DNA of 64,000 nucleotides from Rubripirellula sp. GTDB lineage: Bacteria; Planctomycetota; Planctomycetia; Pirellulales; Pirellulaceae. The notes beneath the pieces are model-generated. The model ran no database searches. It saw only the letters and a list, made by a program, of their open reading frames with translations, and had not been told where the DNA came from. This document shows positions 29,261-38,187 of the stretch, in pieces. The stretch's first letter is position 1. Each line of letters opens with the position of its first letter. The position numbers were made by a program, and so were the translations under genes. The DNA is taken from NCBI GenBank assembly GCA_965216875.1, contig OZ244207.1:1152001-1216000 (forward strand), in the 5' to 3' direction.

Positions 29261-29806
29261 TTAGCTTCGACTTGGGAAAATGCCAGTCAACGCAATGATG
29301 TAGTTCAATCCCAGGAAGGGCTGCATGTTCGAAAACGAGGTTCCGTTGCCAGTGTTCGCAAGCGTGACGCCGCCGGTGAGTGCACGCAGCGATGCATCGG
29401 TTGCCGCGCTGGAGTAGATGTCTTCGGGTGACAAACCCAGCGCGTTTCCAGACGGGTCGTCCGAATTGCCGTTGTCGGTGACGTGACACGGCACTGCCAA
29501 AGTGGACGTTGCCGTGTGTGTGTGCGACGGCATGTTATTGATATTTAGCGTTGTGCTTGCGTTGCCAGCCTTCTCACCCAAGGCGACCGGTGGCAGGCCA
29601 GGTCCGTTGCCTGGGTGCACCGGCACTCGCCCACGCAATTCAGGCAGCGCGAAGTTGGTACGTCCATTACCGCCGTAGGTTGTGCCGAGAATCGAAAACA
29701 ACGCGCTGTGCGAAGCGATGTCCAGGAGCTGGCCATCGCAAAATGCCCAACCGCGCGGGGCAAAATTGCCCGCAAACAAAATGATCTGTCCAATAAAGGG
29801 CTCCAT
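29261..29806 (-). CDS. Phage tail-collar domain protein (MdpB/microcystin-dependent-like), paralog 1
   Basis: Same architecture and length (181 aa); MPSHTH; QPFLGLNYIIALTGIFPSRS. Confidence 0.92.
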   Translation of the reverse strand: MEPFIGQIILFAGNFAPRGWAFCDGQLLDIASHSALFSILGTTYGGNGRTNFALPELRGRVPVHPGNGPGLPPVALGEKAGNASTTLNINNMPSHTHTATSTLAVPCHVTDNGNSDDPSGNALGLSPEDIYSSAATDASLRALTGGVTLANTGNGTSFSNMQPFLGLNYIIALTGIFPSRS

Positions 29807-30193
29807 CGCGATGACCTCTGCAAGAAGTTGATGAGTGAATCAAGGGGGACTGTGTTCATCGAAGAGCACTTTGCCCACCACGAATTGGTTAGCGACCAGC
29901 TGCGAATCGCAGCGCGATCGCCGGTGGCAGTGCAACCATGTTAGTGTCTCGGCGCCCCCATGAACAAAGATGAACAGGCGTGCCGTGCTTCAAGAATAGC
30001 GCGATGGCTGCCACGTTTGGTCTGCACGCCCGCGCACCGTGTATGGGACACTTGGCATTTAGAAACGCATACTAAGGTGTCTGCTGTGCGACGCGGCTGA
30101 ACTGCTGTTCAGGAACGTGACGAATTCTGTTCGACCGAACGACGGAAACCTGGTGGTGTTTCGTTCAGATAGAAAAATTCAGGTTCCGCTGAA

Positions 30194-31099
30194 TCAATTG
30201 CTACAGACTTGGTTGCGTCCGAGCGATTTGGCTTGATAGAGCGCTTTGTCGGCTCGAACAAACGCGGAGTCCCAAGTCTCATCCTGTCCGACCAGCGTTA
30301 CACCGGCACTTGCCGTTACGGTCAAACAAGTCGATTCGAAGCGTAGGTCGCATCCTTGAAGTTTGCGCAGAATTTGAGCAACGATCTCGCAGGCATCCTT
30401 GACGCCCGATCCAGGCAGGATCAAAGCGAACTCTTCGCCCCCAAACCGCGCTGCAAATGAGCCCTGGGGTGCTTGCGCGACGAGTAACTTTGCGATTGAC
30501 CGTAAGACAGCGTCCCCTACAAAGTGTCCGTGTTGGTCGTTGACTCGCTTGAAGTGATCGATGTCGACCAGCGCCAATGACAGCGGAGTCTCGTTTTGGA
30601 CGCTCTCGTTCAAGAGGTGTTTGAACTGAGACTCGAGCGGCCGTCTGTTCGGCATTTCGGTAAGCGGGTCGGTATCGGCCGTCGCTTGGATCCCGAGCAC
30701 CTTGCGTTGTCTCGCGATCGCGTATCGGATGGCTCGCAGAAGTGATTGACGCGTGACATCGCCTTTGGCAAGAAAGTCCTGAGCACCCGTTTCGATTGCC
30801 GTGAGCCCAAGCTGTTCATCGTCGCTTCCGGTGACCACGACAACGGGCAACCGCGCATCAAGGGAACGAATCTGGTCAAGTGAATCGAGACCCTCTGAGT
30901 CGGGCAAACTCAAATCCAACATGGCGACGTCGTAGTCGGTTTCCTGCAGTCGCTCGATTGCGTCTTTCAGATAGGCAACCTGCTCGACTTCAAAGTTCAC
31001 CTCACCACTGGCTTGCAACAATCGTCGAACGAAGATCGCGTCGACATCACTGTCTTCGATCATGAGGACTCGAATCGATTGATAGGCGCCGTTGGTCAT
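30194..31099 (-). CDS. Response regulator-diguanylate cyclase (REC-GGDEF)
   Basis: VLMIEDSDVD, MLDLSLPD, VVVTG, DFLAK; TDPLTEMPNRR, DIDHFKRVND..GH..GD, RFGGEEF. Confidence 0.93.
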   Translation of the reverse strand: MTNGAYQSIRVLMIEDSDVDAIFVRRLLQASGEVNFEVEQVAYLKDAIERLQETDYDVAMLDLSLPDSEGLDSLDQIRSLDARLPVVVVTGSDDEQLGLTAIETGAQDFLAKGDVTRQSLLRAIRYAIARQRKVLGIQATADTDPLTEMPNRRPLESQFKHLLNESVQNETPLSLALVDIDHFKRVNDQHGHFVGDAVLRSIAKLLVAQAPQGSFAARFGGEEFALILPGSGVKDACEIVAQILRKLQGCDLRFESTCLTVTASAGVTLVGQDETWDSAFVRADKALYQAKSLGRNQVCSN

Positions 31100-31700
31100 G
31101 TCGAGGGGGCGTTGGGCGATTGGCCTGCGATGGGAGAGTGACGGTCTTGAATGAGAGCAGACATCGTGGCGCACAAGTGATGCCATTGGCAATGGCGATT
31201 CATTCTCTCTGAGTCAGTGTTTTTTCGAATTGGGCCGTTTTTTCAACCTCGTCAATGCTTTTGGGCGCCGTCCACCAGCTCGACTTCTCTCTCGCGAAGC
31301 GTATTCGATGGTGTCGCGGGCCCAAGGAACGGGATGTTTCCAAACGCAACTCTAGCGGCTGCGGGTTCATAGACGATTGTAGTGGCCCGTTAATCGTTAC
31401 AGGTCGCGCAGTCAAAAAGGTCCGCGTGACCGACCAGGAAAGCTGGTCCGGCTAGCGAAAAACTACAGGTTTGCAACGAGTGATTGAGGTCGAGGGTCGA
31501 TAGCAGTTGTGCACGCCCAGAGTTTGGGCGTGGCGTCGCGCCGCCACACGCCGATCGACCACTTTGGAACCTCCCATGGAACCTAGGCCTGGTCAGATCG
31601 GGGCGAAGCTTCGAGAAGGGCTGATGGCCGCTCGGACGTGTTGCGGCTCAGGCGCTGGCAATGAACCTTCCCAAGTACCCAAGTCCATGGAGATCTCACG

Positions 31701-32297
31701 ATGCGTCGTGTAATCGTTCCTGCGTTGTTTGCAATCGCAATGGTTGCAGGCAGCTCGGTCAACGCCAGTGCGTTTGGCCTCTTTGACAAACTCTGTAAGA
31801 AGAGTTGTGACACCTGCTGTGACGTCGAACCGGCGTGCGGCTGTGAAGCACCTTGCGAACCCGCTTGTGGCTGCGAAGCTCCTTGCGAGCCAGCTTGCGG
31901 TTGCGAAGCTCCTTGTGAGCCCGCATGCGGCTGCGAAGCACCTTGCTGCGACAGCGGCTGCGGCTGCAAGAGCAAAGGCCTGTTGCACCGCTTGTTCCAC
32001 AAGCACCGCCGAAGCAGCTGCTGCGAGCCAGCATGCGGTTGCGAACCAGCTCCTTGCTGCGAGCCAGCTTGCGGTTGCGAGCCAGCCCCTTGCTGCGAAC
32101 CAGCATGCGGCTGCGAAGTCGTCGACCCTTGCTGCTGCCCACCACGTCACAGCTGCAACATCAAAGGCTTCTTCTCGAAGTTGTTCAAGAAGCGTAGCAG
32201 CTGCTGCGATCCTTGCTGCGACGTCGAGCCAGCCTGCGGTTGCGAAGCTCCTTGCGAGCCAGCTTGCGGTTGCGAGCCAACTTGCGGCTGCAACTAA
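31701..32297 (+). CDS. Secreted Cys/Pro-rich repeat protein (EPACGC repeats)
   Basis: GGAG SD; signal peptide ending ASA; 46 Cys and 24 Pro in 198 aa; repeat copies differ mainly at third codon positions in this frame; downstream terminator. Confidence 0.85.
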   Translation: MRRVIVPALFAIAMVAGSSVNASAFGLFDKLCKKSCDTCCDVEPACGCEAPCEPACGCEAPCEPACGCEAPCEPACGCEAPCCDSGCGCKSKGLLHRLFHKHRRSSCCEPACGCEPAPCCEPACGCEPAPCCEPACGCEVVDPCCCPPRHSCNIKGFFSKLFKKRSSCCDPCCDVEPACGCEAPCEPACGCEPTCGCN

Positions 32298-32465
32298 TTC
32301 AAGTTGCGAAGACAACATCGGATAGAACTCGGCAACACCACCTGAAACAGCGACGCGATCTATCGTCAATGAACCAACCGAGAAGCGAGCCTCGTAAGCC
32401 CGCTCTCCATTGATCAACTTTCGCATCTCGATCAGCCGCCGAATTCGGTCCTCGACAAATATGAC

Positions 32466-32506
32466 AATCCCCGACGATTCCTTCATTGGATCGTCGGGGA
32501 TTTTTT
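32466..32506 (+). terminator. Intrinsic terminator of the Cys-rich gene
   Basis: AATCCCCGACGAT-loop-ATCGTCGGGGATT followed by a T-tract. Confidence 0.8.
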
Positions 32507-32582
32507 CGTAGATGGACCGTGTCTATTAACCGAACGTAACAGGGGTGGGTGTTAGCCACGTTTGCACGTCCGCTCGGCTCAT

Positions 32583-32621
32583 GCCGGATCTGCGTCGCTG
32601 TCGCTCCTTGATCCGGCCTAC
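32583..32621 (-). repeat. GTAGGCCGGAT-family REP
   Basis: Reverse complement of the copy at 10285-10323 with one mismatch. Confidence 0.85.
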
Positions 32622-32648
32622 GTGAAACTGGCATTTGGAAGGCATGAC

Positions 32649-32843
32649 CTACTCGGCATCATTTCTTTTCTCTTGATGCTGCTCGGTTGGCTCAACCTTC
32701 ATGCCAACATCCTGATACGTCCGATTGAAATGGTCGACAAAGTCGTCAGGGCGCTCTTCAGGCAAGTAGACCGGACCGATTGGTTGGCCATCTTTGACGA
32801 CCACACCATTGCTCGGTGGAATCTCTCTTTGACTGCTGCTCAT
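32649..32843 (-). CDS. Small hypothetical protein (64 aa)
   Basis: Protein-like MSSSQREIPPSNGVVVKDGQPIGPVYLPEERPDDFVDHFNRTYQDVGMKVEP, co-oriented just downstream of the dehydrogenase. Confidence 0.55.
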   Translation of the reverse strand: MSSSQREIPPSNGVVVKDGQPIGPVYLPEERPDDFVDHFNRTYQDVGMKVEPTEQHQEKRNDAE

Positions 32844-32890
32844 GTTTGCAGGACTTGTTGGCTCAATTGGACTTGAGGGCGCGCGATGAC

Positions 32891-33865
32891 CTACCCGCGG
32901 TAAACGACGGATGGATGGGGAAAGCCCAATCGTTTGTCGACGCGATTGTAGGGCTCTTGCCCAGCGAGAAATCGTTTCAGGTTGATGCAAGCCAATTCGG
33001 TCGCATCATCATTGCGACGATACGATTGAGCACCAACGTGCGGAGTGATGATCACTTTGGGGTCGTCCCACAGTAGGCTCGATTCCGCAAGCGGTTCCAC
33101 TTCGGTCACGTCCAGGCCCGCTCCCTTGAGGTGTCCCGAGGCGAGTGCGTCGACCAATGCCGATTCGACCACCACCGAACCGCGAGCGACATTGATCAGG
33201 TAGCTGCCCTTTTTCATTTTGGCGATTTGATCGGCATCGAAAATGCCACGAGTGTCTGCGTTGAGCGGCAGAGTGAGAATCACGATGTCACTTGCGGCCA
33301 GAACCTCGTCCATTTTTTCCGGCGGCAACAGTTCGTCGACTTCGTCTGGTTTATCGATTGGGTAGTAGTCAGTCGCCAAAACGCGAACGTCCCACGGAGC
33401 CAGGATTCTTGAAATCATCCGGCCATTGCCGCCAAGCCCAATGATTCCGACGGTCTTGCCACGAAGGTCGTCGGTGGGGCGACGAGTGAAGTCGCGATTT
33501 GCTTCGGCGCGAAAAAAGACGGGCAAACTCCTTAGCAATCCAAAGAGCAGTGCACAGGTTTGTTCGGCGACTTGAACGGCAAAGAGTCCCGATGCGCTGC
33601 TTACGACGATGTCCGACTCAATCACGCCGGGAACGAGACAATGATCGAGCCCTGCGGCGGACGATTGAATCCAGCGAAGTTTGCCGGCATCGAGGACACG
33701 ATCCCAATCAACCGGAACTTTGGCGTGGCCAATGTAGACGTCCGCGGTCGGCAGCAATTCGTCGATCCTTTCTTGTCCGGCATCAACCACTTCGGCGTCG
33801 GGCGCGGCTTGTTGGATCAGTTCAAACTGCCCCTGAGTGACGGGGTAACAAAGGACGATTCGCAT
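32891..33865 (-). CDS. D-2-hydroxyacid dehydrogenase family protein
   Basis: WIQSSAAGLD, GIIGLGGNG, LINVARGSVV, AGLDVTEVEPL, ITPHVG. Confidence 0.93.
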   Translation of the reverse strand: MRIVLCYPVTQGQFELIQQAAPDAEVVDAGQERIDELLPTADVYIGHAKVPVDWDRVLDAGKLRWIQSSAAGLDHCLVPGVIESDIVVSSASGLFAVQVAEQTCALLFGLLRSLPVFFRAEANRDFTRRPTDDLRGKTVGIIGLGGNGRMISRILAPWDVRVLATDYYPIDKPDEVDELLPPEKMDEVLAASDIVILTLPLNADTRGIFDADQIAKMKKGSYLINVARGSVVVESALVDALASGHLKGAGLDVTEVEPLAESSLLWDDPKVIITPHVGAQSYRRNDDATELACINLKRFLAGQEPYNRVDKRLGFPHPSVVYRG

Positions 33866-33932
33866 CAGCCTATTCTGCGGTAAACTTTGTGCATTGGATG
33901 AAAGAACAAAAGAGAATGTATCGAGTGGGGCG

Positions 33933-34805
33933 ATGATCGCGAAGTCGGCGTCTTTTGGGGCAGTTTGTTTGTTGTCGTCGTTGCTGTTGTCTCAGGCGGT
34001 TGCCGAGCAACCCTCCGCTTTGTCACCGACGCGGATTCGAGACGCCTTTGCGGCGACCCATCAGGGGTTCAGCAGTGACGAAGTGTTGATTCAGCCCGAT
34101 CTCCGTGACGCGTTCCTGAAGTCGCTTTACTCTGGCGAAGAGATCAGTGTTGATCGGGAACGCGAGGCCCTGCTGGCTTTACTTCGGCTCCGCAAAGCGG
34201 GCAAACTTGAGGTGCCGACGACCCGCCGGGGGCAAGCAGCAAACGCGAGTGTTCAAGCCGTTGCTGAAATTGCGGCACGTGTGGTGACCGATCGACACCG
34301 TGTGACATCCGACCGAATGTTGGCGGACCGGGAGCTGCGCGACGAATTTGTCAAAGAAGCAGCCAAACTCTCGAAGGGATTGGTTGAGAGCGAATTGTCC
34401 AAGGCAGTCCTCTCGCTAAGAAAGAAGCGCGCCTTGAGGCCAGAGTTGGTCTTGCAAGTCGCCACGTGGAATCGAACCCTTACGACGCATTCCTTGTCCG
34501 AGCTTCAATCGCTACTTGTTGCCGACGGAGTCTCGACCGGTCCGGGAGTCTATCTGTTTCGATCGCGGGACGAGTACCTTTACATCGGAGAAGCCGACAA
34601 CCTGAGCAGGCGGTTGAATGAACACGTCGGCCAAAGCGATCGTCTTTCGCTTGCGAAATACCTTTCTGGCCCCCAAGCAAACGAAGTGACGGTCGAGTTG
34701 CACATCTTTCCTGACGACTCACCTGCCGCGAAGACGACGGTGCGGCGCGCGTACGAGAGCGAGTTGATCCGAAGCAGGAATCCGAAGTTCAACGTTCGCC
34801 CATGA
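33933..34805 (+). CDS. GIY-YIG domain protein with a predicted N-terminal signal peptide
   Basis: GPGVYLF...YLYIGEADNLSRRLNEH...YESELI...PKFN; hydrophobic N-terminus ending AVA-EQ. Confidence 0.82.
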   Translation: MIAKSASFGAVCLLSSLLLSQAVAEQPSALSPTRIRDAFAATHQGFSSDEVLIQPDLRDAFLKSLYSGEEISVDREREALLALLRLRKAGKLEVPTTRRGQAANASVQAVAEIAARVVTDRHRVTSDRMLADRELRDEFVKEAAKLSKGLVESELSKAVLSLRKKRALRPELVLQVATWNRTLTTHSLSELQSLLVADGVSTGPGVYLFRSRDEYLYIGEADNLSRRLNEHVGQSDRLSLAKYLSGPQANEVTVELHIFPDDSPAAKTTVRRAYESELIRSRNPKFNVRP

Positions 34806-34812
34806 TTCGGAT

Positions 34813-37458
34813 TCAAGGTTGGGGCATGATTTCGCTAGCGCGAGCAAGTGCACGCGTTTTGCGAAGTGCCGGATGCTTCGCAAGTAGAAGCGGCAACATT
34901 GGCAAAGTCGCATATTCCAACGCAGCAAAGTCATCTTCGCTGACGCCCTTGCCGCTGCGGGCGTTAAACAGGGTCCGATTCAGCTCGGCGCCAAACGGTC
35001 CGTAGGGATAGGCGGCAAGCGTTTCTTCGCGTGCCCGCCAATACTGATCGGCAGTCTTGATAAACTCGGAATTGATCGAGGGAAGTAAGTCGGCAGCTTC
35101 TTGGTAACGCTGGCTTTCTTCGTACAGGTCGATCAATAGACCGACGGCGAGAACATCCGACTCGTGCCGCTGATTGAGTCGTATCGCTTCGCGTAGTGCT
35201 TTTTCGGTGTTGCCGGAATACCACCAGTTTCTTGCACGATCAACTTTAGCAACTAACGACCAAGGGTTGAGTTGCGTGGCTTCGCGCAACGACTTGGATG
35301 CTTCGTTGTGTTTGCCCAACGTCATTTGAAGCAGCCCGAATTGATGTTTGACCTGCCAGCGATTGGGCGCGATCATTGAGAGCTCGCGGAACCGACTTTC
35401 GGCTTGGGCATAGCGATTGGTGATTTGCCAATCAAGCATCGCTTCGGCCAATCGGGCGTCAATTAGCGACGGCTTGATCTTCAATGCGTCTGCGACTTTT
35501 TCTTGAGCATTGACCACCAGTTCGAGTGACTCCGCCGCATCGGCTTGGGCAGCCAAGGTGATGGAGGTCAATGCGATGCCGGCAATGGGCTCTGCAAACC
35601 GATCGTCAACTTCGTGGGCGTGTTGGAAACAGGCAAGCGCTTTCTGCATGCCGACGACACTGTCTGGGTCGGACCGTGCCGCTCCGTCCACCATGCAGCT
35701 AAAGGATTGGGCATCGGGGGTGACCCGATCTTCGGAAGTCGACTTCAATCGTCGGCCAAGCGCCGATGCGATCTTGGATGCAAGTTGACTTTGGTCAAGA
35801 AGTTCTTGCGACTGGTCGGTTTGGATCAATGTGTTCCAAAGTTTCTCGCCCGTCTTGGCATCGACCAATCGAACGTCGATCACCATGAATTGTCGGCCGC
35901 TTGCTGCAGCTTGCGAGGCAAGGGAGCCAAACAAGAAGGCATCGACACCAAGTTCGGATTGGAGCTGTTGAAGGTCTCCAAGGGTGCTCGGGCGGATCGG
36001 GCGAAACTGTGGCACGCTCAGGTCCGACAAGCGTGTCAGTTCGTGGACCAACATTGCAGCGAGTTGTTCCCCCTGGCTAAGTTTTCGCTCGCCTAGCGGA
36101 CGCGGCATCCCGAGGGAATCGGTTTCGATCTCATTGTCCGTAGCGTCATCGGCAAAACTCAAGACGGCGATCGAATCGATGTGTCGAAGGGAACCACTGC
36201 CTTGCGTCATCCACCAGATCCCCAGCGCACCGAGAGCGGTCGCACCGGTTGCCGCCGCAATCGCGGTACGACGCGAGATCGTCTTCGTTCCGCAAGGCGT
36301 TGTTGCGACGGGAATGCCAGCCGGTTTGACTGGCTTTCGCAACTGCGACGCGATCCAAGCCGCTGATTTGGGTCGCGCGGCCGGATCCTTTTGCAAACAT
36401 TGCTCAATCAGGTCGGCGAGCGTGACATCCGTACGGCGAATGGTTGCATCGGTGTCGGGATCGTCTTCAATCGTCGATCGAAAACGGGCCACCGTACTGG
36501 TGCCGTCGAAGGCTCGCTTGCCATAAAAGGCTTCGTGTAGCACACAGCCAAGCGAAAAGATGTCGGCGGAATTCGTCACTGATTCGCCGCGTGCCTGTTC
36601 GGGAGCCATGTATCCAGGCGTTCCCAAAATGATGCCTTCGCCAGTTTCGGTGGCGCCGGTCGGATCACCGCTAGGGGAGCGCGACAGGCCAAAGTCGAAT
36701 AACTTGATGACGGTCGATTCGAGGTTCGCTTCATCATCGCCCCCTTTGTTGCAGTTGGACGATGCGTCGCCGCCCTGGCGACGTACAAGCATGATGTTGT
36801 GTGGCTTGAGATCTCGATGGACGACGTCACCCTTGTGGGCCGCTGCGAGGGCGTCGGCGACTTGAGCACCGAGTCGCCGAACGTCGTAAGGGCACATCGG
36901 ACCCGATTTGAATCGTTGGTCAAGCAACTCGCCGTCAAGGAATTCCATCACGGCATAAGGCAAACCGTTGTAGGTGCCGATGTCGAACAGTTCGACAATG
37001 TTCGGATGGCTTAATGCGGCAACGGCTTTGGCTTCGCGGCGAAAGCGTTCGGACAGGTCGCGTCGTTTGTCCGAGTCGACGGCCAAGACCTTGATCGCGA
37101 CCGCACGGTCAAGCCGTTGGTCGACTGCTTGGTAAACGACTCCCATGCCACCGCGACCAAGCGAGTCGCCGATCTCGTAGGGGCCAACGACATCACCCGA
37201 TGTTGGCAGGGCAATGCCGCTGGGGATCATTCCGAACCCAACCGTCTCGGCGGCTGCAGCGCCTTGTGCTGGTGTTTCTTGAAGCTCGGCGCGGATCGCG
37301 ATCAACTCGGTGCGAAGCAAATCGCCGTTTTGGCCGCCATGCTCGGCGACCCAAGATTCAATTTCGGGGTCATCGCCCGAACGCAACGCCGATTCGAAAT
37401 TCAGGCAGATCGAATCGAGACGCGCCAATTCGCTTGCGGGCAGGTCGCCAAGGTTCAT
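34813..37458 (-). CDS. Membrane Ser/Thr protein kinase with an extracytoplasmic TolB-like/TPR region
   Basis: LGRGGMGVVY, VAIK, HRDLKPHN, DFG, GTPGYMAPE; TM after ISRR; 'DSIAVLSF' and C-terminal TPR-like helices. Confidence 0.93.
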   Translation of the reverse strand: MNLGDLPASELARLDSICLNFESALRSGDDPEIESWVAEHGGQNGDLLRTELIAIRAELQETPAQGAAAAETVGFGMIPSGIALPTSGDVVGPYEIGDSLGRGGMGVVYQAVDQRLDRAVAIKVLAVDSDKRRDLSERFRREAKAVAALSHPNIVELFDIGTYNGLPYAVMEFLDGELLDQRFKSGPMCPYDVRRLGAQVADALAAAHKGDVVHRDLKPHNIMLVRRQGGDASSNCNKGGDDEANLESTVIKLFDFGLSRSPSGDPTGATETGEGIILGTPGYMAPEQARGESVTNSADIFSLGCVLHEAFYGKRAFDGTSTVARFRSTIEDDPDTDATIRRTDVTLADLIEQCLQKDPAARPKSAAWIASQLRKPVKPAGIPVATTPCGTKTISRRTAIAAATGATALGALGIWWMTQGSGSLRHIDSIAVLSFADDATDNEIETDSLGMPRPLGERKLSQGEQLAAMLVHELTRLSDLSVPQFRPIRPSTLGDLQQLQSELGVDAFLFGSLASQAAASGRQFMVIDVRLVDAKTGEKLWNTLIQTDQSQELLDQSQLASKIASALGRRLKSTSEDRVTPDAQSFSCMVDGAARSDPDSVVGMQKALACFQHAHEVDDRFAEPIAGIALTSITLAAQADAAESLELVVNAQEKVADALKIKPSLIDARLAEAMLDWQITNRYAQAESRFRELSMIAPNRWQVKHQFGLLQMTLGKHNEASKSLREATQLNPWSLVAKVDRARNWWYSGNTEKALREAIRLNQRHESDVLAVGLLIDLYEESQRYQEAADLLPSINSEFIKTADQYWRAREETLAAYPYGPFGAELNRTLFNARSGKGVSEDDFAALEYATLPMLPLLLAKHPALRKTRALARASEIMPQP

Positions 37459-37511
37459 CGGCTCGATTGCTTAGGTAGTGAGGAACGAATCAATCGACAC
37501 AATGGAAATGC

Positions 37512-38141
37512 TCATCCAGCCTCGGCGTCCGTTTCGGCCGCCTCGCTCCACGTTTTACGGATCAACTGCAAGCGTCGTTCAACTGCCCGTTTGCTCAATT
37601 CTAAGGCTTGAGCAATCTCGTCCACCAGAAAGCCGTCCATCCGCATGACGGCAATCTGCCTGAGTTGTTCGTCGGGCAATTGGTCGAGCAGCGAATCGCA
37701 GGCTTCAGCCAATTCGGCGTGGAGATCTGGCGATCCGGAATCGCCAGTGATTCCGCCGATTCCCCCGCCGCGGGCGTCACCTTTGGTGTCGATAAAGACC
37801 GACTCGCCTCGCACACTGCCGCCGCCACGTTTCTGTCGGGTTTGGTGTCGCAAGTGCGCGTGGACTTTGCGACCGGTCAACGTGATCAGCAAGCCCCAAA
37901 GGTTGTCTGGCCCACTGAGGTCAGGGAATTGGTCGCGGCGTATGCCAGCGATGAAACTATGAAACGCCGAGAGTGCGATGTCTTCTTCGTCACCCACCCG
38001 GCGCAGATTTGCCGGCAATCGCTTGGCCGCGATCCGAACGAGACGCTGAAAGTACTCTTCCCACAACTGCTCGGTCGCTTTGTCGTCGCCGGCACGGACC
38101 TCTTCAAGCAGGGTGGCAAACTCTTCTGGGGAATGTTGCAT
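37512..38141 (-). CDS. ECF-type sigma factor of the kinase-associated planctomycete type
   Basis: VRAGDDKATEQLWEEYFQRLV, DEEDIALSAFHSF, RQKRGGG, EIAQALELSKRAVERRLQLIR; immediately upstream of the kinase. Confidence 0.9.
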   Translation of the reverse strand: MQHSPEEFATLLEEVRAGDDKATEQLWEEYFQRLVRIAAKRLPANLRRVGDEEDIALSAFHSFIAGIRRDQFPDLSGPDNLWGLLITLTGRKVHAHLRHQTRQKRGGGSVRGESVFIDTKGDARGGGIGGITGDSGSPDLHAELAEACDSLLDQLPDEQLRQIAVMRMDGFLVDEIAQALELSKRAVERRLQLIRKTWSEAAETDAEAG

Positions 38142-38187
38142 AACGTCAATGATGGCCGATATCGCTGCCGTTGGGAACGGAGGTTCT

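Noticed and set aside
28678..29806. Prophage or tailocin remnant
   Set aside because: No other phage structural, lysis or integrase genes; this tail-collar family is commonly found outside prophages.
29807..30193. c-di-GMP riboswitch or sigma-54 promoter between the cyclase and the tail-collar genes
   Set aside because: No GEMM-like motif recognised; CGGCACGCCTGTTCAT lacks the -12 GC.
31593..32486. Alternative Ala-rich ORFs over the Cys-rich gene (297 aa minus; 198 aa in another plus frame)
   Set aside because: By-products of the 30-bp repeat. Only the 31701 frame has an SD, a signal peptide and synonymous-type variation.
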